Positions 19,114 to 29,413 of a DNA stretch of 64,000 nucleotides are shown one piece after another. The notes below the pieces were generated by a model. The model ran no database searches. It was given only the letters and a program-made list of their open reading frames with translations, and was not told the DNA's origin. Source of the DNA: Thermodesulfobacteriota bacterium. GTDB taxonomy: Bacteria; Desulfobacterota; Binatia; Bin18. Made by a program: the position numbers and the translations under genes. The DNA is taken from the NCBI GenBank assembly GCA_964291405.2, contig OZ219926.1:640001-704000 (forward strand), in the 5' to 3' direction. Each line of letters starts with the position of its first letter. The stretch's first letter is position 1.

Positions 19114-20241
19114 CTAGAACAAATCGCCCTGCTCTTTTTTACCAGGGTGGTCGATATGCAAATGCTGGTAGGCCTTGAGGGTGGCCAACCGCCCCCGTGG
19201 TGTGCGCTGCAAAAACCCCTCCTGCAAGAGATAGGGCTCGTATACGTCTTCGATGGTGCTCTTCTCTTCGCCAATGGCCGCGGCTATGGTCTCGACACCG
19301 ACTGGTCCACCGTTAAACTTCTCGATAATCGTTCGCAGAATCGCCAGGTCCATTTTGTCGAATCCGGCCTCATCTACTTCAACCAGCGTTAGGGCGGCAT
19401 GGGCCACTGCTTGCGTCACAACCGGCTCTTTCTTCACTTGGACATAGTCGCGTACCCGTCGGAGTAAGCGATTGGCAATCCGAGGGGTTCCCCGTGAGCG
19501 ACGCGCGATTTCTGCGGTTCCGCCCGTATCAGTCTCAATCTCAAGAATTGAAGCCGACCGACGAATGATCTGTTCCAACTCGGACACCTGGTAAAAATCC
19601 AGGCGAAAGGTTGACCCAAAACGGTCTCGGAGCGGTGAGGTCAACAGTCCAGCACGGGTGGTGGCACCAACTAGGGTGAAGTGCTTCAGGGGCAGCTTGA
19701 CCGTTCGTGCCGACGGTCCTTGGCCGACAACGAGGTCCAGTTCAAAGTCCTCCATTGCCGGATACAAAAACTCCTCAACCACGTGATTGAGTCGATGGAT
19801 CTCGTCAATGAAGAGCACGTCGCCTTCTTCCAGGTTGGTCAGAATAGCGGCCAAGTCGCCGGGCCGCTCAATTACCGGGCCGGTAGTGGCCCGAATCGTG
19901 ACATCCATTTCACGTGCGATAATATGCGCCAGGGACGTTTTTCCTAATCCGGGTGGACCACAGAAGAGCAGGTGGTCAAGAACGTCAGCCCGTTGCTTGG
20001 CCGCCTCAATGGCGATCGCAAGATTCTGCTTCGTGCCTTCCTGTCCGATATACTCTTCAAGACTGCGCGGGCGGAGCGACCCCCCGAAACGTGGCTCGTC
20101 AGGCCAGTCAGCCCCACCGTCCGACGGAGCGTCCAGCGTCGACAGATGGGGATTCAGCACGTCGCGCCCTAGACTATCCGAATTTTCGTATATTTCTTTT
20201 GGCATGTCTTTCGCGGCACGGCTCATGTACTGAGCCTCCAT
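19114..20241 (-). CDS. ruvB: Holliday junction branch migration helicase RuvB
   Basis: [46 protein letters not shown]; exact start uncertain. Confidence 0.98.
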   Translation of the reverse strand: MEAQYMSRAAKDMPKEIYENSDSLGRDVLNPHLSTLDAPSDGGADWPDEPRFGGSLRPRSLEEYIGQEGTKQNLAIAIEAAKQRADVLDHLLFCGPPGLGKTSLAHIIAREMDVTIRATTGPVIERPGDLAAILTNLEEGDVLFIDEIHRLNHVVEEFLYPAMEDFELDLVVGQGPSARTVKLPLKHFTLVGATTRAGLLTSPLRDRFGSTFRLDFYQVSELEQIIRRSASILEIETDTGGTAEIARRSRGTPRIANRLLRRVRDYVQVKKEPVVTQAVAHAALTLVEVDEAGFDKMDLAILRTIIEKFNGGPVGVETIAAAIGEEKSTIEDVYEPYLLQEGFLQRTPRGRLATLKAYQHLHIDHPGKKEQGDLF

Positions 20242-20810
20242 AACGATTCTCGGATCACATCGGCAATAGTCGTGTGTCCATCCCGAACAACCGCGCGCAC
20301 CATCTTCTCGGCTTGCGCCTGTCGATAGCCCAGATTCACCAGAGCAGAGGTCGCTTCGGTCGAGAGTGGACTGGGCGTTGCCGTCGGAGTTCCATTCTGT
20401 ACTTCACTTGCGCCAACTTTCTCCTGGAGTTCGACAACCAAACGTTCCGCCGTCTTTTTTCCAACGCCTGGAGTCGCAACCAAGCGTGTTACATCACGCG
20501 TATGCAGCGCATTCTCCAGCTCATCAACCGGAATACCCGACAGAATATTTAAGGCCAGGCGCGGGCCGATGCCGCTCACGCCGCGAAGCAGCAGAAAATA
20601 CGACTTCTCCTTTTCTTCCAGAAAGCCGAATAGCTGGAGGGCATCTTCTCGTGCATGGGTATGGATGAGCAAGCTGACCGGCTCCCCGACTCCCGGCAGA
20701 TGATAGAAGGTTTGCAACGACACCAATACCTGATAGCCGACTCCACCAACGTCGACAATGAGCTGCTCAGGGGTCTTTTCGTGAAGCACTCCGTGGAGGC
20801 GCGCAATCAT
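20223..20810 (-). CDS. ruvA: Holliday junction branch migration protein RuvA
   Basis: [43 protein letters not shown]. Confidence 0.98.
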   Translation of the reverse strand: MIARLHGVLHEKTPEQLIVDVGGVGYQVLVSLQTFYHLPGVGEPVSLLIHTHAREDALQLFGFLEEKEKSYFLLLRGVSGIGPRLALNILSGIPVDELENALHTRDVTRLVATPGVGKKTAERLVVELQEKVGASEVQNGTPTATPSPLSTEATSALVNLGYRQAQAEKMVRAVVRDGHTTIADVIRESLWRLST

Positions 20811-20831
20811 AGAAGTTGCCGTGCGAGCGTG

Positions 20832-21443
20832 TTAATCGTGCTTTTTCTGGTCTGCGGCGAGCATCTGGGCTACCGTCTGTTCCGTAAAGACATCGCGTAG
20901 AGAGCGGGCCTTCCTGCCCCCAGCACGCCGCGGCTGAGCGCCAACTTGGTGGAGCAGATCGGGCAGGCGGGCAGCGCTACAGTGACAAATGGCTGCCGCC
21001 AGCGCATCCGTCGCATCCTGGCTTGACGGAAAGACCCCCGCCTTTCCGTCTGGATGGTGCAGTTGGGAAAAGACCGCTTTTTGGACCTGCATTTTCCCTG
21101 CCCGGCCATATCCGGTCACCGCCGTCTTAATTTCCGTTGGATTATACTCGGCAATCCGTAGACCGGCTTGGGCCGCGGCTAGGAGCACGACGCCCCGCGC
21201 CTCGCCGAGGCGTAGAGCGCTCTGGACGTTATGTGCCACAAAGGCTTTTTCAAGACTCAAGGCATGAGGAGCCCAGCGGTCAATCACCGTCACAAGCTCT
21301 TCGTAGATGAGACGCAGGCGTTCAGGCAGGGAGCGGAAGCCTTTGACAGAGACGACATCTCCGGCACAAAAGGTCAACGTCCGGCGCGTCTTCTCAATGA
21401 CACCCCATCCGGTCCGTAGCGTGCCAGGGTCTATCCCCAACAC
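20832..21443 (-). CDS. ruvC: Crossover junction endodeoxyribonuclease RuvC
   Basis: LGIDPG, LEKAF, LGEARG, TGYGRAGKMQV, DATDALAAA; true start may be further upstream (see findings). Confidence 0.97.
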   Translation of the reverse strand: MLGIDPGTLRTGWGVIEKTRRTLTFCAGDVVSVKGFRSLPERLRLIYEELVTVIDRWAPHALSLEKAFVAHNVQSALRLGEARGVVLLAAAQAGLRIAEYNPTEIKTAVTGYGRAGKMQVQKAVFSQLHHPDGKAGVFPSSQDATDALAAAICHCSAARLPDLLHQVGAQPRRAGGRKARSLRDVFTEQTVAQMLAADQKKHD

Positions 21444-21490
21444 GCGCAGTGGAGTCTGAGCGTTGCGAGCGTTGATGGTCTTTCCCTCCC

Positions 21491-22243
21491 TTAGGCCGCA
21501 CTGAGTCGTTCCATCTCCTCTTCAGCAATTTCTACATTCGCGGAAACGGTTTGGACATCGTCAAGCTCCTGGAGGGCATCGAGCAGACGTAGGGTTTGTT
21601 CGGCTTCCTTGCCGGAGAGGCTGACCGTGTTTTGGGGCACCATCGTCGCCTCAACGGACATCGTCCCAATATTGGCATTTTCGAGCGCCTGCCGCACGTC
21701 TTCGAGGGCATCGGGAGCTGTCACAATCTCAAACATATCATCGCCCGTTGTGACATCTTCCGCCCCGGCGTCAAGGGCAATCTCCATGAGTTGATCTTCC
21801 TCAGCCTGGTCTTTTTCTATGGTAATAATGCCCTTGTGGGTGAACATCCACGCAACGGAGTTAGGCTGGCCTAAGCTCCCACCACTTTTGGTGAACAGAT
21901 GACGCACTTCGGAAACTGTCCGATTTTTATTGTCCGTCAGCGTCTGCAGCATAATGGCCGCTCCGCCTGGCGCATGCCCCTCGTAGGTCACCTCTTCATA
22001 GCTGACGCCCTCAAGCTCTCCAGCGCCTTTTTTCACCGCCCGGTCTATAGTATCGCCTGGCATACTGGCCGCCTTTGCCGCGGCTATGGCCGTGCGTAGG
22101 CGTGGATTTGCGGACGGATCGCTCCCGCCCATCCGGGCCGCAATCGAGAGGTCTTTAATCAATTTTGTGAACATCTTGCCCCGACGGGCATCCTTGACTG
22201 CCTTCTTATGCTTAATGGTGCTCCATTTGGAATGGCCGGACAT
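21491..22243 (-). CDS. yebC: YebC/PmpR-family protein
   Basis: MSGHSKWSTIKHKK, NPRLR, YEG, TDNKNRT; canonical position before ruvC. Confidence 0.97.
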   Translation of the reverse strand: MSGHSKWSTIKHKKAVKDARRGKMFTKLIKDLSIAARMGGSDPSANPRLRTAIAAAKAASMPGDTIDRAVKKGAGELEGVSYEEVTYEGHAPGGAAIMLQTLTDNKNRTVSEVRHLFTKSGGSLGQPNSVAWMFTHKGIITIEKDQAEEDQLMEIALDAGAEDVTTGDDMFEIVTAPDALEDVRQALENANIGTMSVEATMVPQNTVSLSGKEAEQTLRLLDALQELDDVQTVSANVEIAEEEMERLSAA

Positions 22244-22395
22244 GACCGTCTCCTCCCGGCGTAAGACTTGCGGTCATGGGTAACATACTTCTAGGGGAGA
22301 GTAAACGCACGAGCGCCCTGTTGGGACATCTGTTCCGATACAGTAAAGTCCTGCAATAACTGGGTTTTCGGCTTCTCCCACGCTAGCCGGACTCC

Positions 22396-22965
22396 ATGAG
22401 GGGAGTGGCCGGGGACGAAAAAACACGATACATCCGAGCCTCGCGGAGACTTACTCCCCTTGGGGAAAGGACATTCCGAGTGCGACTCATTACCATTCTT
22501 GCTCATACCGGGGTTGTCACCGGACTCGCAGGCTTGTTCTTTGGCGGCCTCGCCTGGATGTATAATTCTCCGTTTGGAGCCGTCATGGTTCTCGGCAGTC
22601 TCGTCCTTCTTTTCGTCAGCGGCCTGTTGGGCTGGTATTACGGTTTTAGTCCAATGTGGCGACCGTCCGGGTGGGAAGAGCAGGTCACCCACGACGATCA
22701 TCATTATGTGGTGTCAACGCAGCGCTACCCGCCCTATCTCGTTCGCCAGGCGAAGAGGCAGGGCGGTATGCAGTTTGGAACGGCCGTGTATGCCATACAC
22801 GCAGCGGACCAGGAAGTGGCCGAGGAAGCACAGGCCGTATACGGACTGCAATGGCGGGAACACCAAGAGGCACAAGAAGGGCATCAGTGGGTTGTGCACA
22901 TCTTGCGACAGGGCCGCCTGTCCGAACTGGAAGGGTTTCGGCCAGTGTCAGAGGACATGATCTAA
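22396..22965 (+). CDS. Hypothetical membrane protein (2 TM)
   Basis: Longest ORF filling the gap; two hydrophobic segments; start uncertain. Confidence 0.55.
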   Translation: MRGVAGDEKTRYIRASRRLTPLGERTFRVRLITILAHTGVVTGLAGLFFGGLAWMYNSPFGAVMVLGSLVLLFVSGLLGWYYGFSPMWRPSGWEEQVTHDDHHYVVSTQRYPPYLVRQAKRQGGMQFGTAVYAIHAADQEVAEEAQAVYGLQWREHQEAQEGHQWVVHILRQGRLSELEGFRPVSEDMI

Positions 22966-22992
22966 AGACACCCTGGTTCTACACTTTCGTTT

Positions 22993-24483
22993 TCAAACGC
23001 CGGCATCATGCTGCCGGAGGAGGCGTCCGTTGCAGGTCCCGCGGTGGCGTCCCTGCTCTATGGTGACTGTCCCGTTCACAATAACCGAGTGAATGCCGGA
23101 AGGATGACGGCGCGGCTCTTGATAGGTCCCAACATCGGCAACCGTCTGGGGATCAAAGATGACAAGGTCAGCATAGGAACCGTCACAAATGAGGCCACGG
23201 TCTCGAAGACGGAATTTTTGTGCGGGTAAGCCAGTCATCCGATGAACCGCCTCTTCTAGGGTCAGCAGCCGTGCGTCCCGGACGTATTTCCCCAGGACAC
23301 GGGCAAACGTGCCGTACAGACGAGGGTGCGGCTTACCCGCAACAGACGGAATACCATCGGAGCCGATCATGGTTGTGGGATGCGCTAGTACGCGACGGAC
23401 ATCTGCCTCATCCATCCCAAAAATAACAGCGACCGTACTTTCTCCTTCTCCGGCAATAAGCTCGGCCACAGTTTGCTGGAGGGACTTCCCAGTCAGTTGG
23501 TAAATGTCTTCTAAGGTCTTGCCTTCATACTCATGCTTGACGGGCGTTGAGGCAATCAAGACATCGCTCGGAGCAGCGCGTTCAATCACACCACCCTGGA
23601 CAAGCGCCGCCAGCGTAGTACTGCCTGCGGTATACGGATAGGCGTCAGAGGAAATATCGAGACCGCGCGCCCGCGCCTGTTCAACCAGGGCCAGAGAGTC
23701 CCGCACTTTGCCCCAATTCTTTCGGCCCATAGCTTTGTGATGGGAGATTTGGACCCCCGCGCCTGACTCTTCACCAATGCGGATCGTTTCCTGAATGGAG
23801 TCGAGCAGGTGATCAGCTTCATCGCGCATATGCGTCGCATAGACACCATTGTATTCGGCCACGACTTTTGCCAAGGCAATCACTTCTTCTGTCTGAGCAT
23901 AACGGCCGGGCGCGTAGAATAGTCCGGTTGACATGCCAGCCGCCCCGGCTTCCATCCCTTCTTGGACAAGGGCCTGCATGCGCTCGATATCCTGAGCGGC
24001 AGGCTCCCGCTCTTCACCAGATAGCACTCCGTACCGAACGGCGGCGTGAGGGATGAGACAGGCCACATTTACGGCGGCTGGTCGGGATTCGAGCGCGTGA
24101 TAAAACTCAGCCGTTGTCTCCCACGAAAAGTCGCCCATCGGACCGAACAAGAGCGGCCCAAAGCTCAGTAAGAAGTTGCGATAGGCATCATTTGCCGGGG
24201 CCGCCCCAAAGCCGCAGTTGCCTATGACCTCAGTCGTGACACCCTGCAGAATCTTGAAATCGCATAGCGGACGATCAAGCAGAGCAAAGTCATCGTGGGA
24301 GTGGACATCGATAAAACCAGGGGCAACCACATGGTCCGTTGCGTCAATCGCCTGGCCCGCATCACCACTCAGGCTGCCAACAGCGGCGATCCGATCGCCC
24401 TGGACCCCTATGTCTGCCTGCATGCCGGGTTGCCCAGTACCATCGATAATCGTTCCGTTCCGAATCACGATGTCGTAGTGCAT
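22993..24483 (-). CDS. N-acyl-D-amino-acid deacylase (D-aminoacylase) family amidohydrolase
   Basis: APGFIDVHSHDD, QGVTTEVIGNCG, THMRDE, QISHHK, AYPYTAGST, IGSDG, PHPRLYGTF. Confidence 0.93.
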   Translation of the reverse strand: MHYDIVIRNGTIIDGTGQPGMQADIGVQGDRIAAVGSLSGDAGQAIDATDHVVAPGFIDVHSHDDFALLDRPLCDFKILQGVTTEVIGNCGFGAAPANDAYRNFLLSFGPLLFGPMGDFSWETTAEFYHALESRPAAVNVACLIPHAAVRYGVLSGEEREPAAQDIERMQALVQEGMEAGAAGMSTGLFYAPGRYAQTEEVIALAKVVAEYNGVYATHMRDEADHLLDSIQETIRIGEESGAGVQISHHKAMGRKNWGKVRDSLALVEQARARGLDISSDAYPYTAGSTTLAALVQGGVIERAAPSDVLIASTPVKHEYEGKTLEDIYQLTGKSLQQTVAELIAGEGESTVAVIFGMDEADVRRVLAHPTTMIGSDGIPSVAGKPHPRLYGTFARVLGKYVRDARLLTLEEAVHRMTGLPAQKFRLRDRGLICDGSYADLVIFDPQTVADVGTYQEPRRHPSGIHSVIVNGTVTIEQGRHRGTCNGRLLRQHDAGV

Positions 24484-24498
24484 GCGCGACCTCTACAC

Positions 24499-24915
24499 TT
24501 ATGCCAGGACCGGTCGGAACTTCAGCACCGCTATGTCCTCGGACCAGTCTTCAAAAACACTTTCAACCGGCATCCCAATCGCCACCTGCTCAGGGTCACA
24601 CTCGATAATATTACTCATTAGCTGCGGACCTTCCTCCAGGGCGACAAGCGCCACGACGTAGGGCACATCCTCGGCGAACGCTTTGGTCACCGGACGATAG
24701 ACAACGGTAAACGATAGGATCGTTCCACGGCCGGACGCCCGCACCCACTCGACTTGCTCGCTCATGCAGGCCGTGCAATAGAGACGCGGGTAGAACTGGT
24801 AGTGGCCACAGACGCTACACTGCTGGATGTGCAATTCATGATTCCGACAGCCCTCCCAGAACGGTTGCGTTTCGCCAGTCGGAGCGGGTAGGGCTTTTTC
24901 TAGTGGCGTTGTCAT
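24499..24915 (-). CDS. DUF35 Zn-ribbon/OB-fold protein
   Basis: Start MTTPLEK overlaps the thiolase stop; PFWEG, CSVC..YPR..CTAC, GRGTILSFTVV, PYVVALVALEEGP. Confidence 0.93.
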   Translation of the reverse strand: MTTPLEKALPAPTGETQPFWEGCRNHELHIQQCSVCGHYQFYPRLYCTACMSEQVEWVRASGRGTILSFTVVYRPVTKAFAEDVPYVVALVALEEGPQLMSNIIECDPEQVAIGMPVESVFEDWSEDIAVLKFRPVLA

Positions 24916-26084
24916 TACACGGCCTCCTTTCCAAGAATCATGGAGCAGTGAGTGGACATGATCCCCCCCTGCGCGTGGACAAAGGCAATGTTGGCATCTT
25001 TGACCTGACGCGGTCCGCATGTGCCGCGCAGTTGGAAGACCGCTTCCGTTACCGAAAACATCGAGCCGGGATGCCCAGGGTGACAGTGCGACATCAGCCC
25101 GCCATGCGTATTCACCGGGAGCTCACCCCCTAACTCAATCCGGCCGCCCTCAACAAAACGCCCCCCTTCCCCCTTGGGACAAAAGCCCAAATCTTCCAGC
25201 TCAATGACCACGACCGGGGTAAAGCAGTCGTACAGCTCAGCCACATCAATATCTTTGGGCCCCAGCCCGGCCATGGCATAGGCACGTTCACCAGCCTCTT
25301 TTGCCGCCGAGGTAGTGAGGTTGCGGGCTTGACTGATGTGTTCGTGCGAATGCCCCTCCCCGACCCCCAGCATATAGACGGGAGGATGAGGGAAATCCTT
25401 GGCCCGTTCGGCTGAGGTAAGAAGCAGAGCCGCTCCACCGTCGGACACCAGCGAGCAGTCCAGAAGGTGTAAGGGCGAGGCAATCATCTTTGAGTTGATA
25501 ACATCGTCAACCGTAATCGGGTCGCGCATCTGCGCGGCCGGATTCATCGAGGCGTGTCTCCGACAGGCTACCGCCACCGCGGCCAATTGCTCGCTGGTGG
25601 TTCCATAGGCGTGCATATGCGCCTGGGCAATCAGCGCATAAAACGCCGGGATGGGAGGCCCGTAGGGTCGTTCAAACTGGGCGTGCCCGGCCGTTGACAT
25701 GGCTTCAATCGCCCGGTCCCGGGAGAGGCCAGACAGCATATTGTCCGCCATAGTAACGAGTACTGTGTGGCATATGCCACTGGCAATAGCCGCGGCGGCG
25801 TGATGCAAAATCGCCAGGGTCGTTCCACCTCCCGTGGCAACGTTGAGACAGTAGCGCGGGAAGATCTGCATATACTCGGCGATCATTTCCGCGTGATACA
25901 TATACGGCTCAACAAACGAATTGCAGGTGATCAACCCATCGACCTCATCCTTTGTGATGCCCGCGTCTTCCAGCGCAGACTTGGCTGCCTTGACGTAGAG
26001 TTGAGTGGCACTCAGATGCGGGACGACACCAACCTCAGTATCGGCTACCCCCACAATGGCGACTTTTCCTCGGAGCGATTCCAT
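24915..26084 (-). CDS. SCP2-type thiolase-fold protein (lipid-transfer/Ltp2-like)
   Basis: VAIVGVA, HASMNPAAQMR, PLHLLDCSLVSDGG, ELYDCFT, NTHGGLMS; start re-picked at MESLRGK. Confidence 0.92.
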   Translation of the reverse strand: MESLRGKVAIVGVADTEVGVVPHLSATQLYVKAAKSALEDAGITKDEVDGLITCNSFVEPYMYHAEMIAEYMQIFPRYCLNVATGGGTTLAILHHAAAAIASGICHTVLVTMADNMLSGLSRDRAIEAMSTAGHAQFERPYGPPIPAFYALIAQAHMHAYGTTSEQLAAVAVACRRHASMNPAAQMRDPITVDDVINSKMIASPLHLLDCSLVSDGGAALLLTSAERAKDFPHPPVYMLGVGEGHSHEHISQARNLTTSAAKEAGERAYAMAGLGPKDIDVAELYDCFTPVVVIELEDLGFCPKGEGGRFVEGGRIELGGELPVNTHGGLMSHCHPGHPGSMFSVTEAVFQLRGTCGPRQVKDANIAFVHAQGGIMSTHCSMILGKEAV

Positions 26085-26186
26085 AGCTCTCCTCCGCATG
26101 CATCTGTTTTCATCGTTCTCTTTACTTGGCATTATCTCGACCCGCAAACAAGGTACTGGGCAGGCTGCTGGGCCGGCACGCCATGT

Positions 26187-26912
26187 TTACAAATCAGGCA
26201 GGGGTTCAACCAGATCAATCCCAGGCGGCAACTCGAACTTGAAGAGATCGTCCCCCAGCGCCGTTTCCCGTTCGATATTCGTAAAGGATACCCGCGTGGT
26301 ATTGCCCAGCGGGTCAGTAATCAGAGCTTGGAGGATGTCGAACGTCTCTTTACTCACTTCAATGTCCAACAGACCGATGGCCTCAGCCGCCCGCCTGGGC
26401 GTGAGACGGAGTTGATACACGCGGCTGGTCTCCCCTTGAGGCAGGACGGAGAAATCTTCCTCCAGGCGGCCGACTCCGGTAAGAAACGATACCGGCGTCT
26501 GCGAGCTGAAAGCATGTTGAAAAGGCGTCTTCACCACTTGTCGCTCTGAGGGTTGATACAGCCAGAGTGCGCTTCCATCGGCGATCAGAAGCTGCTGCGG
26601 TTCCATAAATTCCCAACGCATCCGGCCCGGTTTCTTAAAGAACACCTGCCCACGAGACCTGAGCGTCTGTCCCAGTGTGGCCGAGGTGACCTCCTGGATA
26701 AAGTCGGCTCGGAAACCATCGGTTTCGTCGTAACGTGCTTGGAGACGGGCCACAATCGTTTCCCGCGCAGGTGTCTCGTTCGGCACTTTCGTGCCGGCAG
26801 ATCGACCCTGGAAATCCTCAGCTGGAGGAGCGGCAAAGAGAGGACCTTCAGGCAAGACGAGCAGGAGGAATAGCAGGCTGATCCTAAAAAAACGCAGAGG
26901 CCATCTTCGCAC
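26187..26912 (-). CDS. lolA: Outer-membrane lipoprotein carrier LolA
   Basis: FRADFIQ, FKKPGRMRWEF, LLIADGSALWLYQP, FKFELPPG; follows ftsK; start uncertain. Confidence 0.92.
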   Translation of the reverse strand: MRRWPLRFFRISLLFLLLVLPEGPLFAAPPAEDFQGRSAGTKVPNETPARETIVARLQARYDETDGFRADFIQEVTSATLGQTLRSRGQVFFKKPGRMRWEFMEPQQLLIADGSALWLYQPSERQVVKTPFQHAFSSQTPVSFLTGVGRLEEDFSVLPQGETSRVYQLRLTPRRAAEAIGLLDIEVSKETFDILQALITDPLGNTTRVSFTNIERETALGDDLFKFELPPGIDLVEPLPDL

Positions 26913-26937
26913 AGTGTAAGAATAAAACACGGCCGAC

Positions 26938-29397
26938 CTACTCAGCCTCAGCCTGGACCTGCACCAGGACCTCACGCGGTTTCCCGGCTTCACCGGCAGG
27001 CGCGATGAGACCTTCGCGCTCCATCCGTTCGATCATGCGCGCAGCCCGGTTATAGCCAACGCGCAAGCGACGTTGCAGCCAGGAGATAGAGGCCTGGCGA
27101 CTTTCCATCACCAGGTCACGCGCCTGCTCATACATTTCATCGTAATCCTCTTCTTCGTGCGGACCGGCCCCCTTCTGCGTTCGCGCCGATTCGAGCGCAA
27201 CGACCAACTCCTCGTCGAAAACCGGCTTGCCTTGCTTCTTAATCGCCACGGCGAACTTTCTGATCTCGGGTTCTGAGACAAAGGCACCATGGATACGTTG
27301 GGGTTTGGCGCTGCCCGGCGGAAGGAACAGCATATCGCCATCGCCCAGCAGACGCTCGGCACCAACGGCGTCCAGGATCGTCCGGGAGTCGATACGAGAG
27401 GAGACCTGAAAGGAAACACGGGCGGGAAAGTTGGCTTTAATCAACCCCGTAATCACATCAACCGACGGTCGCTGGGTTGCCAGAATCAGATGAATCCCGG
27501 CCGCTCGCCCCATCTGGGCCAACCGAGTAATCGGCTCCTCGATTTCCCGACCGACCGTCAGCATCAGATCGGCGAGTTCATCTACCAGGACAATCAAATA
27601 GGGTAAGCGTTGATGGTTGAGTTCAAGTCGGGCCTTGGACTGCAGTTGCGCGGCAGTCAGCTCGTCCTCATCGTCGTGAACGACCTCTGTCAGCTTGATA
27701 ATGCCGCTGGTGTCCGTTTCCCCGGTTTCGAGGACGCGGTTATAGGCCCCGATATTCCGCACACCTTTATCCTTGAGCAGCTTATAGCGGTATTCCATTC
27801 GCCGCACGACTTCCTGAAGGGCAACACCGGCCTCCTTGGGGTTGGTAATGACATGCGACAGCTGGTGCGGCAGACCCTCATATAAGGAGAGTTCCAGCAT
27901 TTTCGGATCAATCATAATAAAGCGCACGTCACGCGGCGTCGCCCGGGCCAGAATACTCATAATCATCACATTGAGTGATACCGACTTACCGGTCCCGGTT
28001 GCCCCCGCCACCAGCAGGTGGGGCATCCGCGCCAGGTCTGTCACTACGGGATTGCCAACCGTATCCTTACCTAAGGCCAGGGCCAGGGGCGACTCGGTCT
28101 GGTGACAGGCACCGCTGTCCAGAATCTCACGCAGACACACCTTCTCGCGCTTGGAATTAGAGACCTCAATCCCTACGACGGCTTTGCCCGGAATAGGGGC
28201 CAGGATGCGGACAGACACAGTACGTAAGGCCATTTGCAGATCATCTGCTAATGACACGACGCGATTGACCTTGACACCCGGCGCCGGTTCAAACTCATAG
28301 GTCGTAATGACCGGGCCGGGCCGCACGGCGACCACGCTGCCGGAAACACCAAAATCACTCAGCTTGTTTTCCAATATCTGAGAGCTGGCGTGCAGTGCTT
28401 CTTCATCGACCTTGACCGCTAAACGGACGGGCGGATCAAGCAGGGCCAGGGTGGGTAAGGCATACGGTCTATTGTCCGCGCCACCGGTCGGGCTTGGAGG
28501 ATGCGCTGGAGGGGCAGGCTTGTCCGCATCCGTCGCTGCGGGTGGCCGACTAATAATAATAGGCGGCTTACTCTCCTCCGATTCATCAAGAGCGGCTGGC
28601 TGCTCGGATTCAGGTGCCGGTTGGCGCATTTTCTTCTTTGGTTGCGGATTGGGCGGCGGCTCTTTTTTGAGCGTATAGACTTCGGCGGCCTCCTCTTCAC
28701 AGAAAAGCGGTTCGGATGGAGGGGCTTGTCGCTCTGTCCGCCGGGCCGTCCAACGCGTTACGAGCCGTTCGAGCCAACCTGATATCTGACCCAAAACCTG
28801 GCCGGAGAGAGCTCGCAGTCGGGACCAACCGAATCGCCCTATTACGCAACCGACTGCAACCAGCCCACTCCCCAGTTTCACCAGTGAGAGCTGCGTTGCA
28901 CCCATAAACGAGACCAGCAAGACGGGAAACAAGAGCAAGTAGGCACCGACAAGATTCCCGGCTTGGCGCAGATGGAGAGCCAAGAAGCTCCCGACCCAGC
29001 CTCCGGCTTGGAAGACCGGCCATCCATCGAACCAGAGAGCCAGAAAGGCTGAAGCCGCCAGGGTAAAGACAACAAACGAGATGCTCTGGACGAATGGGGC
29101 GGCGCACCGCAGCCAGTGAAAGCGGAGTGCCATAGCGTACAGCAAGATGACTGGAAATAGATACGCCGTCAGGCCGAGTGCTCGGCACAGAACGTGGGCA
29201 ATCAAATATCCGACCCGACCGACCTGATTACTGTCCGCAGCGTCAGGTTGATACGAAAAAAAGGCGAGTCCCAAAAAGATGATGAGCGTCACGCACAGAA
29301 CACCAATCCCCTCGCCCAGGGTGGAGCGTTCCTGAGAAACGGAGCGTTCCTGTTCGGCATCTTTGTCTTGCCGGCGTAAGTTTTTCCTGACTGCCAT
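26938..29397 (-). CDS. ftsK: DNA translocase FtsK
   Basis: N-terminal TMs, Pro-rich linker, PGPVIT, PHLLVAGATGTGKSV, VDELADLM, ATQRPS, gamma domain LQRRLRVGYNRAAR. Confidence 0.98.
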   Translation of the reverse strand: MAVRKNLRRQDKDAEQERSVSQERSTLGEGIGVLCVTLIIFLGLAFFSYQPDAADSNQVGRVGYLIAHVLCRALGLTAYLFPVILLYAMALRFHWLRCAAPFVQSISFVVFTLAASAFLALWFDGWPVFQAGGWVGSFLALHLRQAGNLVGAYLLLFPVLLVSFMGATQLSLVKLGSGLVAVGCVIGRFGWSRLRALSGQVLGQISGWLERLVTRWTARRTERQAPPSEPLFCEEEAAEVYTLKKEPPPNPQPKKKMRQPAPESEQPAALDESEESKPPIIISRPPAATDADKPAPPAHPPSPTGGADNRPYALPTLALLDPPVRLAVKVDEEALHASSQILENKLSDFGVSGSVVAVRPGPVITTYEFEPAPGVKVNRVVSLADDLQMALRTVSVRILAPIPGKAVVGIEVSNSKREKVCLREILDSGACHQTESPLALALGKDTVGNPVVTDLARMPHLLVAGATGTGKSVSLNVMIMSILARATPRDVRFIMIDPKMLELSLYEGLPHQLSHVITNPKEAGVALQEVVRRMEYRYKLLKDKGVRNIGAYNRVLETGETDTSGIIKLTEVVHDDEDELTAAQLQSKARLELNHQRLPYLIVLVDELADLMLTVGREIEEPITRLAQMGRAAGIHLILATQRPSVDVITGLIKANFPARVSFQVSSRIDSRTILDAVGAERLLGDGDMLFLPPGSAKPQRIHGAFVSEPEIRKFAVAIKKQGKPVFDEELVVALESARTQKGAGPHEEEDYDEMYEQARDLVMESRQASISWLQRRLRVGYNRAARMIERMEREGLIAPAGEAGKPREVLVQVQAEAE

Positions 29398-29413
29398 TCC
29401 ACCCTCCCCACAT

